Below are positions 30,339-41,298 of a stretch of DNA of 64,000 nucleotides, in pieces. The notes under the pieces are model-generated. The model did not search any database and was not told the DNA's origin. It saw only the letters and a list, made by a program, of their open reading frames with translations. Both the position numbers and the translations under genes were made by a program. This stretch comes from an uncultured candidate division Zixibacteria bacterium. GTDB taxonomy: Bacteria > Zixibacteria > MSB-5A5 > GN15 > FEB-12. The stretch spans positions 2,144,001 through 2,208,000 of the forward strand of contig OY760907.1 of the NCBI GenBank assembly GCA_963664195.1. Reading direction: 5' to 3'. How positions within the stretch are numbered: position 1 is the first letter of the stretch; each line of letters opens with the position of its first letter.

Positions 30339-30355
30339 TGTTTCAATTTGAGACA
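30339..30355. promoter_or_regulatory. Operator-like palindrome
   Basis: TGTTTCA-att-TGAGACA (one mismatch), between the promoter and the SD. Confidence 0.55.
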
Positions 30356-30365
30356 TCTATCAGTT

Positions 30366-30392
30366 CTATCGGTTTCGACTTAAAACACTTTA
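30366..30392 (-). promoter_or_regulatory. sigma28-type promoter of the kinase-like/NtrC/GAF operon
   Basis: Minus strand TAAA(G)-N15-ACCGATAG. Confidence 0.65.
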
Positions 30393-30447
30393 GCGTTTCA
30401 CGCGCGATTTCGGCTAAGTTGACATGCCATGACAGCCGTTTTCAAGC

Positions 30448-30476
30448 TTGACTGCCGTCACTGGCTGCGGTATCTT
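30448..30476 (+). promoter_or_regulatory. sigma70-type promoter of gatC-kdsB-pyrG
   Basis: TTGACT-N17-TATCTT, ending 5 nt before the ATG. Confidence 0.65.
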
Positions 30477-30481
30477 GGCCC

Positions 30482-30763
30482 ATGCCGCTAAGAAACTCAC
30501 AGGTTGCCCATATCAGCCGACTGGCCAGGCTCAAGCTCACGCCCGAAGAGATAGACAGATTGTCCTCAGAGTTGGCGGTTATCGTTGGTTATTTCAATCA
30601 GATAAAGGCCGTTTCGACGGGCTCGCCCGGTCTCGATGAGACCCGCTTGAATGTGCTTCGTGACGATACGGTGGAACATTCGCTTCCGACAGAGAAGGCG
30701 CTCGGGAATGTTCCCCGGCATGACGGTATGTTTGTTCTGGTTCCCAGGGTGCTCCCAGGATGA
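30482..30763 (+). CDS. gatC: Asp/Glu-tRNA amidotransferase subunit C
   Basis: VAHISRLARL, NVLRDD, ALGNVP, VPRVL. Confidence 0.85.
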   Translation: MPLRNSQVAHISRLARLKLTPEEIDRLSSELAVIVGYFNQIKAVSTGSPGLDETRLNVLRDDTVEHSLPTEKALGNVPRHDGMFVLVPRVLPG

Positions 30764-31503
30764 AAGGGACTGTGGTTGCCGTTATTCCGGCTCGAATGGG
30801 TTCAACCCGCTTCTCAGGCAAGGTGCTCTTTCCGTATCAAGGCAAACCGCTGATCTATCATGTCTGGAACCAGGTGAGAAAAGCCGGGCAGATTGATCGC
30901 GTGATCGTAGCGACCGACAGCCCCGAGGTTGTGGAGGCCTCAGAGGCGTTTGGTGCTGAGGTTGTGGTGACTTCAGACAAGCACCGAACCGGGACAGATC
31001 GCGCCGCAGAGGCGGTTGGCGGTATCAAAGCAGACATTGTCCTGAATGTCCAGGCGGATAACTTCGGGCTTAAGCCGGCCCTGTTGAGCAGGGTCGTCAA
31101 GCAGATGAAGTCAGATCCCGGAATCGAGTTCGCTACGTTGGCCCGGCGGATAGACAACGATGCTGATCTGTTTGATTCTGGTGTGGTCAAAGTGATTAAG
31201 GCATCCGACGGACGGGCACTCTGGTTTTCGAGGTTCCCACTGCCGTATCTTCAGAAAGCGACCGGCGGAACCCGTTGTCGTCAATACAAGTTCCTGTCTC
31301 ATATAGGCGTGTATTTCTTCAGGCAGCGGGGGCTGAAGGCCTTTGCCGGGTGGAAACGAGGTCCCCTGGAACAGGCGGAATCGCTTGAGCAGCTCAGAAT
31401 ACTGGAGAACGGCGGTTCAATGCAAGTAATAGAAACGAATCTTCGCACGGTGTCGATAGACCGACCGGAGGACGTCAAAAAGATAGCGAGTCTACACACA
31501 TGA
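30760..31503 (+). CDS. kdsB: 3-deoxy-manno-octulosonate cytidylyltransferase
   Basis: IPARMGSTRF, VATD, TGTDR, ALWFSR, HIGVY, ESLEQLR. Confidence 0.92.
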   Translation: MKGTVVAVIPARMGSTRFSGKVLFPYQGKPLIYHVWNQVRKAGQIDRVIVATDSPEVVEASEAFGAEVVVTSDKHRTGTDRAAEAVGGIKADIVLNVQADNFGLKPALLSRVVKQMKSDPGIEFATLARRIDNDADLFDSGVVKVIKASDGRALWFSRFPLPYLQKATGGTRCRQYKFLSHIGVYFFRQRGLKAFAGWKRGPLEQAESLEQLRILENGGSMQVIETNLRTVSIDRPEDVKKIASLHT

Positions 31504-33192
<1,689 letters not shown>

Positions 33193-33294
33193 GCCTTTCC
33201 CGGGTACAGTGTCTCTGCTTGCGCAGCAGTTGACAATTGTACGGGTATAGACTATCGTGGCCTTTCGTGTGCCATTTAGTGAGGAACAGTTGAC

Positions 33295-34638
33295 TTGAAC
33301 AAACTATTTGCGATTACTCTTGGGGCGGTGGTGACGGTGATGCTTTTTGTCGCTGGCGACGGAGCGTCACAGACAGTCATCAATGCTGATTCGCTGGCGT
33401 GCGGCTGGAACAACCAGTCGTTTGCCCGGCCCATAGATCCAGAGACCTATATCATTCGGCCGGGGGAAATCCTCCAGGTCATTCTTGTAAATACGAAATT
33501 GTCTCCGCTCAGACTCACCGTTGATGCTGAGGGAATGATCGTTCATCAGAGCATAGGAGTGATTGACCTGAGCAACCATACTCTGAGCCAGGCGCGCAAG
33601 TTGCTCCGTGAATCGCTGTCGAAAATATACAATGCGGACGAGATCGTCGTGTCGATTTCCGGTACATACCCGGTCTCCATACAGGTTACGGGCGCAGTGA
33701 ACCATCCTGGACGCTACACAGGTTTCACCTCGCAGTCGGTCAGCGAGATGATTGATTCGGCCGGTGGCATCGCGCCAGGGGGTTCTTCGAGGCGAATTTT
33801 ATTTTCCGGTGGGCCGAGGCCGCTTCCAGCAGATATTGACCGTTTGGTTTTTTTGGGTGACGACACATTTGATCCGCAGCTCTGCGCCGGGCGTACGATT
33901 TACGTGCCGTTGGCCACAGATTCCTCGGTAGAGGTTCTTGGTGAAGTGAGTGATCCCCGAGTGATCGAACTTGTGGAAGGTGACGACGTCGACCTGTTGG
34001 TGAAACTTGCCGGCGGTGCCTTCAAGTCGGCCGACGTCAACGCGACGTATGCTGTCAACGATTCGACGCGTGATTTGCGACAGCCAAACGGCATAAAGTC
34101 GGGAGATATCCTGATTGTTCCCCGGTCAACGACCGCCAGCTCGATTTCGGATCTGGGAGTGTACGGGGCTGTGGTGCATCCGGGAAGATACCCGTACACG
34201 GCCGGTATGACCGTCAGTGATCTGATCATGGCTGGCGGTGGACAATTGCGGACCGCCAATGTGCAGAGGACGACTGTTTTTCGCCAGACTGAAAGCGATG
34301 CGAAAGATCGACGTTTGGTGGGGCGGTATCCGATTCTTGTTGGCGGTGCCAATCAGGCTGATCGGGTGGAAGTTGGTCCTGGTGACTCCGTCTACGTGCC
34401 GGTTCAACTTGGCTATGTGCGTGTGGCCGGACAAGTGACGCGTCCGGGATTGTATCCGTATACGGCATCAAAGGACGCTGCTTATTATGTGAATCTGGCC
34501 GGCGGATTCGGTCGGGATGCAGATGAGTCGGTAGTAGGGATTCTGGACCGCGTGTCTGGTGCTACTCGCGCCGGAACAGTGGGTGAAATTGTTTTCGACG
34601 GCGATGAGATAACCGCGCTGCGTCGGGAGAAAGAGTGA
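33295..34638 (+). CDS. SLBB-domain polysaccharide export protein (Wza/KpsD-like)
   Basis: Signal peptide; YIIRPGE; repeated VxGAVxxPG...AGG SLBB units. Confidence 0.85.
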   Translation: MNKLFAITLGAVVTVMLFVAGDGASQTVINADSLACGWNNQSFARPIDPETYIIRPGEILQVILVNTKLSPLRLTVDAEGMIVHQSIGVIDLSNHTLSQARKLLRESLSKIYNADEIVVSISGTYPVSIQVTGAVNHPGRYTGFTSQSVSEMIDSAGGIAPGGSSRRILFSGGPRPLPADIDRLVFLGDDTFDPQLCAGRTIYVPLATDSSVEVLGEVSDPRVIELVEGDDVDLLVKLAGGAFKSADVNATYAVNDSTRDLRQPNGIKSGDILIVPRSTTASSISDLGVYGAVVHPGRYPYTAGMTVSDLIMAGGGQLRTANVQRTTVFRQTESDAKDRRLVGRYPILVGGANQADRVEVGPGDSVYVPVQLGYVRVAGQVTRPGLYPYTASKDAAYYVNLAGGFGRDADESVVGILDRVSGATRAGTVGEIVFDGDEITALRREKE

Positions 34639-35828
34639 TGAACGATACCCCTGCCTCAAACATATGGATTTTTCTGGAGGCCCTGGCACGTCGCCGTGGA
34701 CTGATCATTGGCCTTGTTCTTGTCGGTACTATAGCAGCAATTGTCATTTCGTCATTGATGCCGAAATGGTATGCCGCGACCGCAACGTTGTTGCCTCCTC
34801 CTGATGATTCCGGAAGCGGCCTGTCACAGTTGGCTCCCACTCAGCCGATTTCGGGGGCCTCGCGGGCACCGGGCATGATCACCCAGAACGATATTTACGC
34901 GCGGATACTGCGAAGCCGACGCATCTCTGACAGGATCATGGATAAGTTCGGGCTGAAGGAGTTGTGGGGGATGGGGACTTCAGCCGCCGTCTACAAAGAA
35001 CTATCCTCGCGGGTAAACGTATCTGTGGCCGACGAAGGATTGCTGGAGATTTCTGTCGAGGACAAAGACCCGCAGAAAGCGGCCGATCTCGCCACGGCTT
35101 ACGTCAAGGAGCTGATCTTGTTGAATCGGGAGCTGCTCTCTACCTCGGCTACAGAGAAACGTGAGTTCATTGAGGATCGTCTCTCGGAGGTATCGGCACA
35201 GCTTGATTCTTCCCGAGAGGATCTCATGAAGTTTCAGCTTGAGAATAGGGCGGTGAATTTCGATCAGCAGACGCGTCTGGCGATTGAACAGGCGTCGAGC
35301 CTGAAGGTGTCGCAGGCACAGCTGCAATTGGACATTAGCATGTCCAAACGAGAGCTTGGGGAAGAGAATCCTGTGTTGCAGGACAAGATTCGTCGCCTCC
35401 AATTCGTCGAAAACCAACTGGATGAACTGGAATGGGGAGGGGACGACAGCTCATTCTTCTCGCTGCCTGTGGCAGCTGTTCCGAGTCTCAAGGGCAAGTT
35501 TGAATTGTTGTCAACGCGTGTCAGGGTGAGCGAGTCACTGTATCACAGCCTCTTGGACTTGCTGGAAAGAGCCCGAATCTCCGAGAAGGAGCACGGTCCC
35601 ACGATTTCAGTGCTCGACTGGCCGACTGTCCCGGAGATCAAGAGTCGGCCCAAAAGGAGCATCATTGTTATTGGCACTTTTGTGCTGACGCTTGTATTTG
35701 CCGTGTTTCTTGCCCTTGTTCTCGAGTACTTAAGGCGTATGCGGGAAGATCAGAACGGTGACTACCATCGACTCCTCCTCTTCACCAACGCCTTTCTCGG
35801 ATGGTTGCCGGGAGTCAAGAAACATTAG
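34635..35828 (+). CDS. Polysaccharide co-polymerase (Wzz/GNVR, no tyrosine-kinase domain)
   Basis: Two TM helices, PKWYAATATLLPP, coiled coil, VLDWPTVPEIKSRPKR. Confidence 0.85.
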   Translation: MMNDTPASNIWIFLEALARRRGLIIGLVLVGTIAAIVISSLMPKWYAATATLLPPPDDSGSGLSQLAPTQPISGASRAPGMITQNDIYARILRSRRISDRIMDKFGLKELWGMGTSAAVYKELSSRVNVSVADEGLLEISVEDKDPQKAADLATAYVKELILLNRELLSTSATEKREFIEDRLSEVSAQLDSSREDLMKFQLENRAVNFDQQTRLAIEQASSLKVSQAQLQLDISMSKRELGEENPVLQDKIRRLQFVENQLDELEWGGDDSSFFSLPVAAVPSLKGKFELLSTRVRVSESLYHSLLDLLERARISEKEHGPTISVLDWPTVPEIKSRPKRSIIVIGTFVLTLVFAVFLALVLEYLRRMREDQNGDYHRLLLFTNAFLGWLPGVKKH

Positions 35829-35931
35829 GCCGGTGGCTGGATCTGCCGGCCACAAATCTTAGGAGTTCTGTAGAAGCTGTCAGGAAGATGAGTACGGCCC
35901 GAGGATCAGAACGTTCGAGAGGAATCACCAG

Positions 35932-36690
35932 ATGTCTACGTCTATCGTAGCTGATTCGGCTGCAATCGGAAATGGAACCCGATGCGGCGAATTCTGCCGC
36001 ATTGCCTCCAATGTCACGATTGGTGCCGGTTGCGAAATCGGCCATCATGTGATCATCCACGAGGGAACCAGAATCGGCGACAAGGTGCGTATCGACGACG
36101 GAGCGGTTGTCGGCAAACGTCCGATGCGGGCCGCCAATAGCGCTGTTACGAAGGATCAGGAGTTGCCTCCCGCTCGTATAGGCGCCAACTGTATTATTGG
36201 CACACACGTGATTATCTACCGTGGTTGCGAGATTGGCAACAGAGTAATGGTGGCTGACCTCTCGACTATCCGCGAGAATGTCACCGTGGGTGACTTCACG
36301 ATTGTCGGGCGCGGGGTGGCCATTGAAAACTATTGCCGCATAGGCCGTTACGTCAAACTTGAGACCAATGTCTATGTCACTGCCTATTCCGAGATTGAGG
36401 ACCGCGTGTTCATCGCCCCGTGCGTTGCTACCTCGAATGACAATTTCGTCGGACGCACCGAGGAACGATTCAAGCACTTCAAGGGTGTGATTGCGAAAAA
36501 GGGCGCGCGAATCGGTGTCAATGCGACGGTCCTTCCGGGCGTAATCATCGGTGAAGACGCCTTGGTAGCAGCAGGTGCCCTCTTGACTAAAGACGCTCCT
36601 GCGCGTACTATCGTAGCCGGCGTACCGGCGAAGCCTTTTGGCGGCGTGCCGGTTGAACAGTTGCTTGAGAGTCAGGATTGGAAAGAGTAA
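35932..36690 (+). CDS. Hexapeptide-repeat sugar N-acetyltransferase (WbpD-like)
   Basis: Left-handed beta-helix repeats, IGVNATVLPGV, VAGVPAK. Confidence 0.85.
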   Translation: MSTSIVADSAAIGNGTRCGEFCRIASNVTIGAGCEIGHHVIIHEGTRIGDKVRIDDGAVVGKRPMRAANSAVTKDQELPPARIGANCIIGTHVIIYRGCEIGNRVMVADLSTIRENVTVGDFTIVGRGVAIENYCRIGRYVKLETNVYVTAYSEIEDRVFIAPCVATSNDNFVGRTEERFKHFKGVIAKKGARIGVNATVLPGVIIGEDALVAAGALLTKDAPARTIVAGVPAKPFGGVPVEQLLESQDWKE

Positions 36691-36699
36691 GGAGTATCT

Positions 36700-37806
36700 A
36701 TGGCCGTCGCTCTGCTGGATTTACATCGTCAGTACGAACAACTCAAGCCGGAGATGGACGCGGCAGTGCTCAAGGTTCTCGGACATTGTTGGTTTGTTCT
36801 CGGACCGGAAGTGAAAGCACTCGAATGCGAATTGGCGGCTCTCAGTCAGGTGCCGCACGGCATCGGCGTTGCCTCGGGTACCGACGCCCTTCTGATTGCA
36901 CTCCGAGCCTGCGGCGTTGAACCGGGCGACGAAGTCATCACCACGGACTATTCGTTTTTTGCGACCGCCGGTGTGATCGCACGTCTCGGTGCCCGCCCGG
37001 TGTTTGTCGACATCGACCCGGAAACGTACAATATCGATCCCAAGCTGATCGAGGCGGCCATAACCGGGAAGACGAAAGCCATAGTGCCGGTGCATCTTTA
37101 CGGTCAGGTAGCCGACATGGACGCGATCATGGAGATCGCTCGTTCCCATAAACTCAAGGTTGTCGAGGATGCCGCTCAGGCGATTGGTGCTGAGTACAAA
37201 GGTAAGCCGGCAGGATCGTTCGGCGATTTGGGCTGCTTTTCGTTTTATCCGTCGAAGAATCTTGGCGGCGGCGGCGATGGCGGCATGATTGTGACAGCCG
37301 ATGACGATCTGGCGGCCTCGTGCCGTTCGCTTCGCGTTCACGGCGAAAGCCCGAGATATTACCACCACACGGTTGGGTATAACTCCCGGTTGGACACGCT
37401 CCAGGCTGCGATGCTCCTCGTGAAACTGCCGTATCTTCGCAGTTGGTCCGAAAAGCGCATTGAGCACGCCCGCATCTACGACAAGGCGTTTGCTGACATA
37501 CCGGATGTGGTGACGCCGAGGGTCGCGGCGGACTCGACTTTCCACATCTATAATCAGTACACCATTGCGTCGCCGAAGCGCGACAAGATTGTCGAGGGAT
37601 TGCAGGAAGCAAAAATCGGTCACTGCATCTACTACCCGCTGCCGTTCCACAAACAGGTCTGCTTTGAATCGCTCGGTTACAAGCCGGACGAGTTTCCGGT
37701 CAGTAATAGGGCCGCGGCGGAGGTGGTCTCTATTCCGGTTGCCCCTGAGATGACGGAGACCGAGCAGCAGGAAGTGATCGATACGATCCGGCGGTTGGCT
37801 GATTAG
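36700..37806 (+). CDS. DegT/DnrJ sugar aminotransferase (WbpE-like)
   Basis: SGTDAL, VHLYGQ, EDAAQA, SFYPSKNLGGGGDGG, NSRLDTLQAA. Confidence 0.92.
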   Translation: MAVALLDLHRQYEQLKPEMDAAVLKVLGHCWFVLGPEVKALECELAALSQVPHGIGVASGTDALLIALRACGVEPGDEVITTDYSFFATAGVIARLGARPVFVDIDPETYNIDPKLIEAAITGKTKAIVPVHLYGQVADMDAIMEIARSHKLKVVEDAAQAIGAEYKGKPAGSFGDLGCFSFYPSKNLGGGGDGGMIVTADDDLAASCRSLRVHGESPRYYHHTVGYNSRLDTLQAAMLLVKLPYLRSWSEKRIEHARIYDKAFADIPDVVTPRVAADSTFHIYNQYTIASPKRDKIVEGLQEAKIGHCIYYPLPFHKQVCFESLGYKPDEFPVSNRAAAEVVSIPVAPEMTETEQQEVIDTIRRLAD

Positions 37807-37845
37807 GCGCGCCGGACTCGGACGAGGCAAAGCGGGAGGAATTCT

Positions 37846-38907
37846 CTGAAGTCACGACGGGTTGTCATATTCGGCTGGGCTGACTCTGTACACGTACGGC
37901 GCTGGGCCAGAGGAATGCAGGGGAGGGGCTTTGATGTTCGGCTGGTCTCTCCCAACGGCAGACCGCTGCCGGATGTCGATACCGTGATAATTCCCGCCTC
38001 CGGAGGGCTTGACTATTTCATGTCTGCCGCAGAAGCTGCTGCTGTGGCCGGAGAGTTCAATCCGGCGCTCATACATTCACACTATGCCAGTGCGTTCGGT
38101 TTTTGGTCGCTTCGGGTGAAAGCTCCCTGTTCATTAGTCTCGGTGTGGGGGTCCGACGTTGTGGATTTCCCCTCGAACTGGCTGAAACGTAAATACGTGG
38201 GACGGGTGCTGGAAAAGGCGAATCATGTCATAGCCACCAGCCGATTCCTCGCGGACACTGTTCAGACAAAATGGTCCCTGAGTGCTGACAGGACAAGTGT
38301 GATTCCTTTCGGGGTAGATATTCTCCATGGTCCTCCGACCGTACCGGTCGATGGCCCCCTCAGACTCTGTTATATCAAGTCACACAAACGGCTCTATGGC
38401 CCGGACGTTTTGCTCCGCGCTCTGGTGATCGTGAGGGAGACAATCCCAGACGTTCGACTTGTTTTCGCAGGCGAAGGGCCTTCCACCGGGGAGATCAAGG
38501 AACTAGCTTCTCAACTCGGCCTGAATGACCTGATCGAGTTTCCCGGGCTATTGGACCAAACCGGTGTGTATCGACTCCTGACAGAATGCCACATCATGGT
38601 CATGCCGTCGCGGCGCGATGCCTTTGGTGTGGCCGCACTGGAAGCGTCACTGCACGGCCGTCCCGTCATTGCCACGACGGTCGGCGGGGTGCCGGAGGTT
38701 GTAGTCGACGGTGAGACCGGTTTGCTCGTGCCGCCGGACGATGTGGAAGCGCTGGCAGGGGCTATAATGAAGCTGGCCAATGATTCAGATCTTCGGAGGA
38801 AGATGGGGGTGGCAGGCCGTCTTTTTGTTGAGCGTAACTACACTTGGGAGCGATCTTTGGATCAGATGTCAGCTCTCTACGAACGGATTATCGATGAAAA
38901 CACGTAA
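37846..38907 (+). CDS. Glycosyltransferase family 4
   Basis: WGSD, PSRRDAFGVAALEA, VGGVPEVV; N-terminus extended to a CTG at 37846 (GGGAGG SD); first ATG is 37915. Confidence 0.88.
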   Translation: MKSRRVVIFGWADSVHVRRWARGMQGRGFDVRLVSPNGRPLPDVDTVIIPASGGLDYFMSAAEAAAVAGEFNPALIHSHYASAFGFWSLRVKAPCSLVSVWGSDVVDFPSNWLKRKYVGRVLEKANHVIATSRFLADTVQTKWSLSADRTSVIPFGVDILHGPPTVPVDGPLRLCYIKSHKRLYGPDVLLRALVIVRETIPDVRLVFAGEGPSTGEIKELASQLGLNDLIEFPGLLDQTGVYRLLTECHIMVMPSRRDAFGVAALEASLHGRPVIATTVGGVPEVVVDGETGLLVPPDDVEALAGAIMKLANDSDLRRKMGVAGRLFVERNYTWERSLDQMSALYERIIDENT

Positions 38908-40051
38908 GATTCCTCTCTACGATCTGAAACTGCCGATGAGCACTATCAAGGAAGTCAACGATGTCCTTGAATCCGGCTGGCTCACCACCGGACCCAAAGT
39001 CCAACAGTTCGAGAAGGCCGTCGCCGAGACGCTGAAAGTCCGCTACGTGGCTGCCGTCAGTTCTGCCACGGTCGGGTTGCAGGTAGCTCTCGAAGCGCTC
39101 GGTGCGGGACAGGGTGGAAGGGTCGTCACGACGCCGTTTACGTTTGTGGCCACAGTCGAAGCTATCCTTCGGGCCGGCGGAATTCCCGTATTCGCCGATA
39201 TTGACCCGATGACGCTGAACGTTGATCCAGACGAGGTGCTCCGCAAGCTGGAGCCGAAAACCAACTGTGTGGTGCCGGTGGATATCGCCGGTCAACCGGC
39301 CGACTACCCGCGTCTCGTGGAAATCTGCGACAAACACAAACTTCCGCTGATTGCCGATGCCTCCCATTCTTTCGGTGCCACACTCAAGCGGAAATCGACT
39401 GCCCAATGGGCCGACGCAGCAATCTACTCCTGCCATGCCACCAAGAATCTCACCAGCGGCGAGGGCGGACTGGTAGTCAGCCGTCACAAGATCCTTCAGG
39501 AAAGCATCAAGCTTGCCTCTATGCATTGCATGACCTCAAGCGCGTATCAGCGTCGCCAGACAAACACCTGGGAGTATGATGTGGTAGACCTTGGAGCAAA
39601 GGCGAATATGTCCGACGTTCACGCAGCCATAGGCCTGGGGCAATTGGGTGTGTTTGAGAAGAATCAAGAGAAACGTGCTGAGATCGCCGCTCGATATCAG
39701 AAGAACCTGGCCGGTCTGGCCGAACATCTTGAGACGCCGCCCGTTCCCAAAGGCCACAAACATGCCTGGCATCTGTACATCATTCGCCTGCACCTCAGCG
39801 GACTGAAGATCGACCGTGCGGAGTTCATCAACCTGATGGCCGAAGCTGGCATCGGGTGTGGCGTACACTACAAGCCGTTGACCGAGATGAGCTACTATCG
39901 CCAACTCGGGTTCGAGCCGAAGCACTTCCCGAACACGACTTATGTCGGTCGACGGGTAGTATCTCTGCCGATGTATCCGGAGTTGAAGCTCGCCGATGTT
40001 GACTACGTTTGCGAACGGGTGACCGAGATCATCACGGGAAATGTCCGTTAA
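38894..40051 (+). CDS. Second DegT/DnrJ sugar aminotransferase (ArnB/PseC-like)
   Basis: SGWLTTGP, DASHS, SCHATKNLTSGEGG, HAWHLY, SLPMYP. Confidence 0.9.
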   Translation: MKTRKIPLYDLKLPMSTIKEVNDVLESGWLTTGPKVQQFEKAVAETLKVRYVAAVSSATVGLQVALEALGAGQGGRVVTTPFTFVATVEAILRAGGIPVFADIDPMTLNVDPDEVLRKLEPKTNCVVPVDIAGQPADYPRLVEICDKHKLPLIADASHSFGATLKRKSTAQWADAAIYSCHATKNLTSGEGGLVVSRHKILQESIKLASMHCMTSSAYQRRQTNTWEYDVVDLGAKANMSDVHAAIGLGQLGVFEKNQEKRAEIAARYQKNLAGLAEHLETPPVPKGHKHAWHLYIIRLHLSGLKIDRAEFINLMAEAGIGCGVHYKPLTEMSYYRQLGFEPKHFPNTTYVGRRVVSLPMYPELKLADVDYVCERVTEIITGNVR

Positions 40052-40128
40052 CAGCTCTCGCCACACCCACAGCAAGCGGCAAAACAAACTTGCGACGGGA
40101 CCGCTGATTTTGTTATTATTCCTTTGTT

Positions 40129-41130
40129 ATGCCGGCTAATCTGCCCCCACAATACTACGAACTTGAGCGGGAGTACAAATCCGAACGCGACCCGCGCGAG
40201 AAACTTCGCCTTGCCGAAGAGTTGCTCCGCATGATGCCTAAACACAAGGGCACGGACAAACTTCAGGCCGACATGAAGGCAAAGATATCGAGGCATCGCA
40301 AAGCTATCGATGGCGGCGGCGACAAAAAAGGCGGCGGAGCGGCGCTTGCCTCGACTCATGATTTCATTGAGAAAGAGGGAGCGGGGCAGATCATTTTGAT
40401 CGGTCCCCCGAACAGCGGCAAATCCTCGCTTGTCGACTCTCTGACCGGGGCCAAACCGCTTGTGGCCGACTACCCGTTCACCACTCGTGAGCCGCTGGCC
40501 GGGATGATGACGTTTGAGACCGTCCAACTGCAGCTCATTGACACGCCGCCGATTTCGCCGGAATCGTACGAAAACTACCTGAGTAACCTGATCCGTAACG
40601 CTGATATTGTCGCCCTTGTGGTTGACCTCGCCGATGAGGACATGACCGGCAAACTTGATTTTGTGATGCAAAAACTCGACGAAAAACGGATCATCCTGCG
40701 TCCCGGCGCCGACGAACAGCACGAGGACCCGCGGTTCAGGATTAAGAAAACGATCATCTGCGCCCACAAAGTCTACGACGACGAGACAGGCGAACGCCAG
40801 GCGGCACTCACCAAGCGTTTCGAGGGCTTCCCGATTGTGTCGACTTCTATTATCGACGACGAGAGCATGGAGAAACTGAGACGCGCGTTTTTCGACATCA
40901 TGTCGATCATTCGCATTTACACGAAGCATGTTGGTAAGGAAGTCGAGAAGGTCGATCCGGTGATCCTTCCGATCGGGGGGACGGTTGAGGACGCAGCGAT
41001 TTCGATCCACAAGGATTTTGCGCACAAGCTGAAGTACGCGAAAATCTGGGGGGAGGGAAAGTTCGACGGCCAACGGGTCAACCGCGAGTACGTCCTCCAC
41101 GACGAGGACATCATCGAGTTCCATATCTAA
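40129..41130 (+). CDS. DRG/OBG-family GTPase with TGS domain
   Basis: MPANLPPQY, PKHKGTDKL, GPPNSGKSS, YPFTT, C-terminal TGS (IHKD...YAKIWG...GQRV). Confidence 0.9.
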   Translation: MPANLPPQYYELEREYKSERDPREKLRLAEELLRMMPKHKGTDKLQADMKAKISRHRKAIDGGGDKKGGGAALASTHDFIEKEGAGQIILIGPPNSGKSSLVDSLTGAKPLVADYPFTTREPLAGMMTFETVQLQLIDTPPISPESYENYLSNLIRNADIVALVVDLADEDMTGKLDFVMQKLDEKRIILRPGADEQHEDPRFRIKKTIICAHKVYDDETGERQAALTKRFEGFPIVSTSIIDDESMEKLRRAFFDIMSIIRIYTKHVGKEVEKVDPVILPIGGTVEDAAISIHKDFAHKLKYAKIWGEGKFDGQRVNREYVLHDEDIIEFHI

Positions 41131-41298
41131 CTGTGATTGCCCCGCAGTTTGCCCGCAACTCCACACACATGCGTCCGTACTCTAGCAATAGGCGTGTGTG
41201 TGGACTCGTATGCCCGGACTTTCGGCAGGCGACTCAAGAGGATGTTTTCGACTGTTCAAGAGACTGTTACGATATCGCTTTTACATGGGAGACTGTGA

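Noticed and set aside
36721..37830. 369-aa minus-strand ORF and similar long antisense ORFs
   Set aside because: Fully opposite well-supported genes and with no motifs of their own
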